In this document: positions 63,300 through 64,000 of the stretch, in pieces
Numbering within the stretch: position 1 is the stretch's first letter
Layout of the letters: every line of letters starts with the position of its first letter
Notes under the pieces: generated by a model
Seen by the model: the letters and a program-made list of their open reading frames with translations, nothing else
What the model was told of the DNA's origin: nothing
The model's database searches: none
Program-made: the position numbers and the translations under genes
From: Amphiscolops sp. MND2022
Lineage: Eukaryota
Length of the DNA: 64,000 bases
Direction: 5' to 3'
Assembly (NCBI GenBank): GCA_964187785.1
Contig: OZ076409.1
Coordinates: forward strand, 15,996,001 to 16,060,000

Positions 63300-64000
63300 C
63301 TTTCTAACATCTGTGTGCCATGATCCTACATTGTCCTTAGTCGCACACCCTTACCCATGTACAATAGTTGTTTTCGTCGAATTGTTTATTGAAGTGCCTT
63401 CACATATCACAGAGAAGTTGTCTTTGAGACCCGTTCCGTTGCCAATCTCGAAGCACTTATTGACCTTGTTCACTATCTGTCATTTTCTCTAGTAAGCGAT
63501 GAAAAAAGTAGGTTGTTCGTCGCCACAAACATTGGCAGCAGCAAAATGTTCAGTAGCCTCAAACTGTTTGCATTGTGGCTTTCGAATGTTTGGCACAAAA
63601 AAGTGCTTAGGTGACAATAGGATGTACTAGCGACTTGTACAGGCCCAGCATAATGTTTTAACAATGTACGCGATGTTCCGCCTGAGGGTGAGCAAAATAT
63701 GAAAAGGCTTTTTTCAACCTTTTGTTAACATGATTGGACAAGTTGAAATTTTTTTTACAAAGATACCTAGGTCTTTGATATCTTCTGTGTCCTACCGACT
63801 TGATTTTGAGAGTTTGAACCTGTGAACGCGAGTTTCTGGAATTTGTCTGGAGCCAAAGTCTTTCCATCGGTGTCAGCCTCGTTCGAGATAGCTTTCAAGT
63901 CGAATTTTATCTGCTCGTGTCTTCGCAACAAATAGTTCTAGATCATCCGCGAATATCTAGGGATCACTAAATTTCAGTGACTCGGAGAGGTCGTTTCTGA
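63300..64000 (-). mobile_element. CR1/L2-like LINE RT/thumb fragment, running off the window
   Basis: The minus strand reads NDLSESLKFSDP*IFADDLEL..IKDLGIFV..NLSNHVNKRLKKA..LYKSLVHPI. Confidence 0.8.

Overview
AT-rich eukaryotic (probably invertebrate metazoan) genomic DNA made almost entirely of decayed transposable elements and duplications. There is no prokaryotic system, CRISPR array or rRNA, and no convincing tRNA. (1) 1-10 kb: a near-identical 1,951-bp tandem duplication, several foldback MITEs with GG..CC ends (two with exact 9-bp target-site duplications), fragments of APE-type LINEs (PHD + CCHC ORF1 clade; CR1/L2-like) and one RLE-type (CRE/R2-like) retrotransposon 3' end. (2) 10-20 kb: an old ~2.3-kb degenerate tandem unit, a CR1-like LINE, a 323-nt N gap and a younger ~2.4-kb block duplication. 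(3) 21.5-61.4 kb: three tandem copies of a segmental unit (11.6, 14.2 and 14.1 kb). Each copy holds two LINEs of one clade head-to-head, a back-to-back MITE pair forming a long palindrome, and exons 1-2 of a PP2C (PPM-family) phosphatase gene. Copies 2 and 3 also carry an inner 2.52-kb duplication of both LINE 5' ends. (4) 61.4-64 kb: further repeats and a CR1-like RT fragment. The most unusual signal is two related ~150-170-bp cassettes (A and B) that share a 5' and a 3' motif, carry GCGAAGC/GAA-loop hairpins, and recur in the centre of several unrelated foldback MITE families. Identities were judged by eye, not computed; element boundaries without a TSD are approximate.
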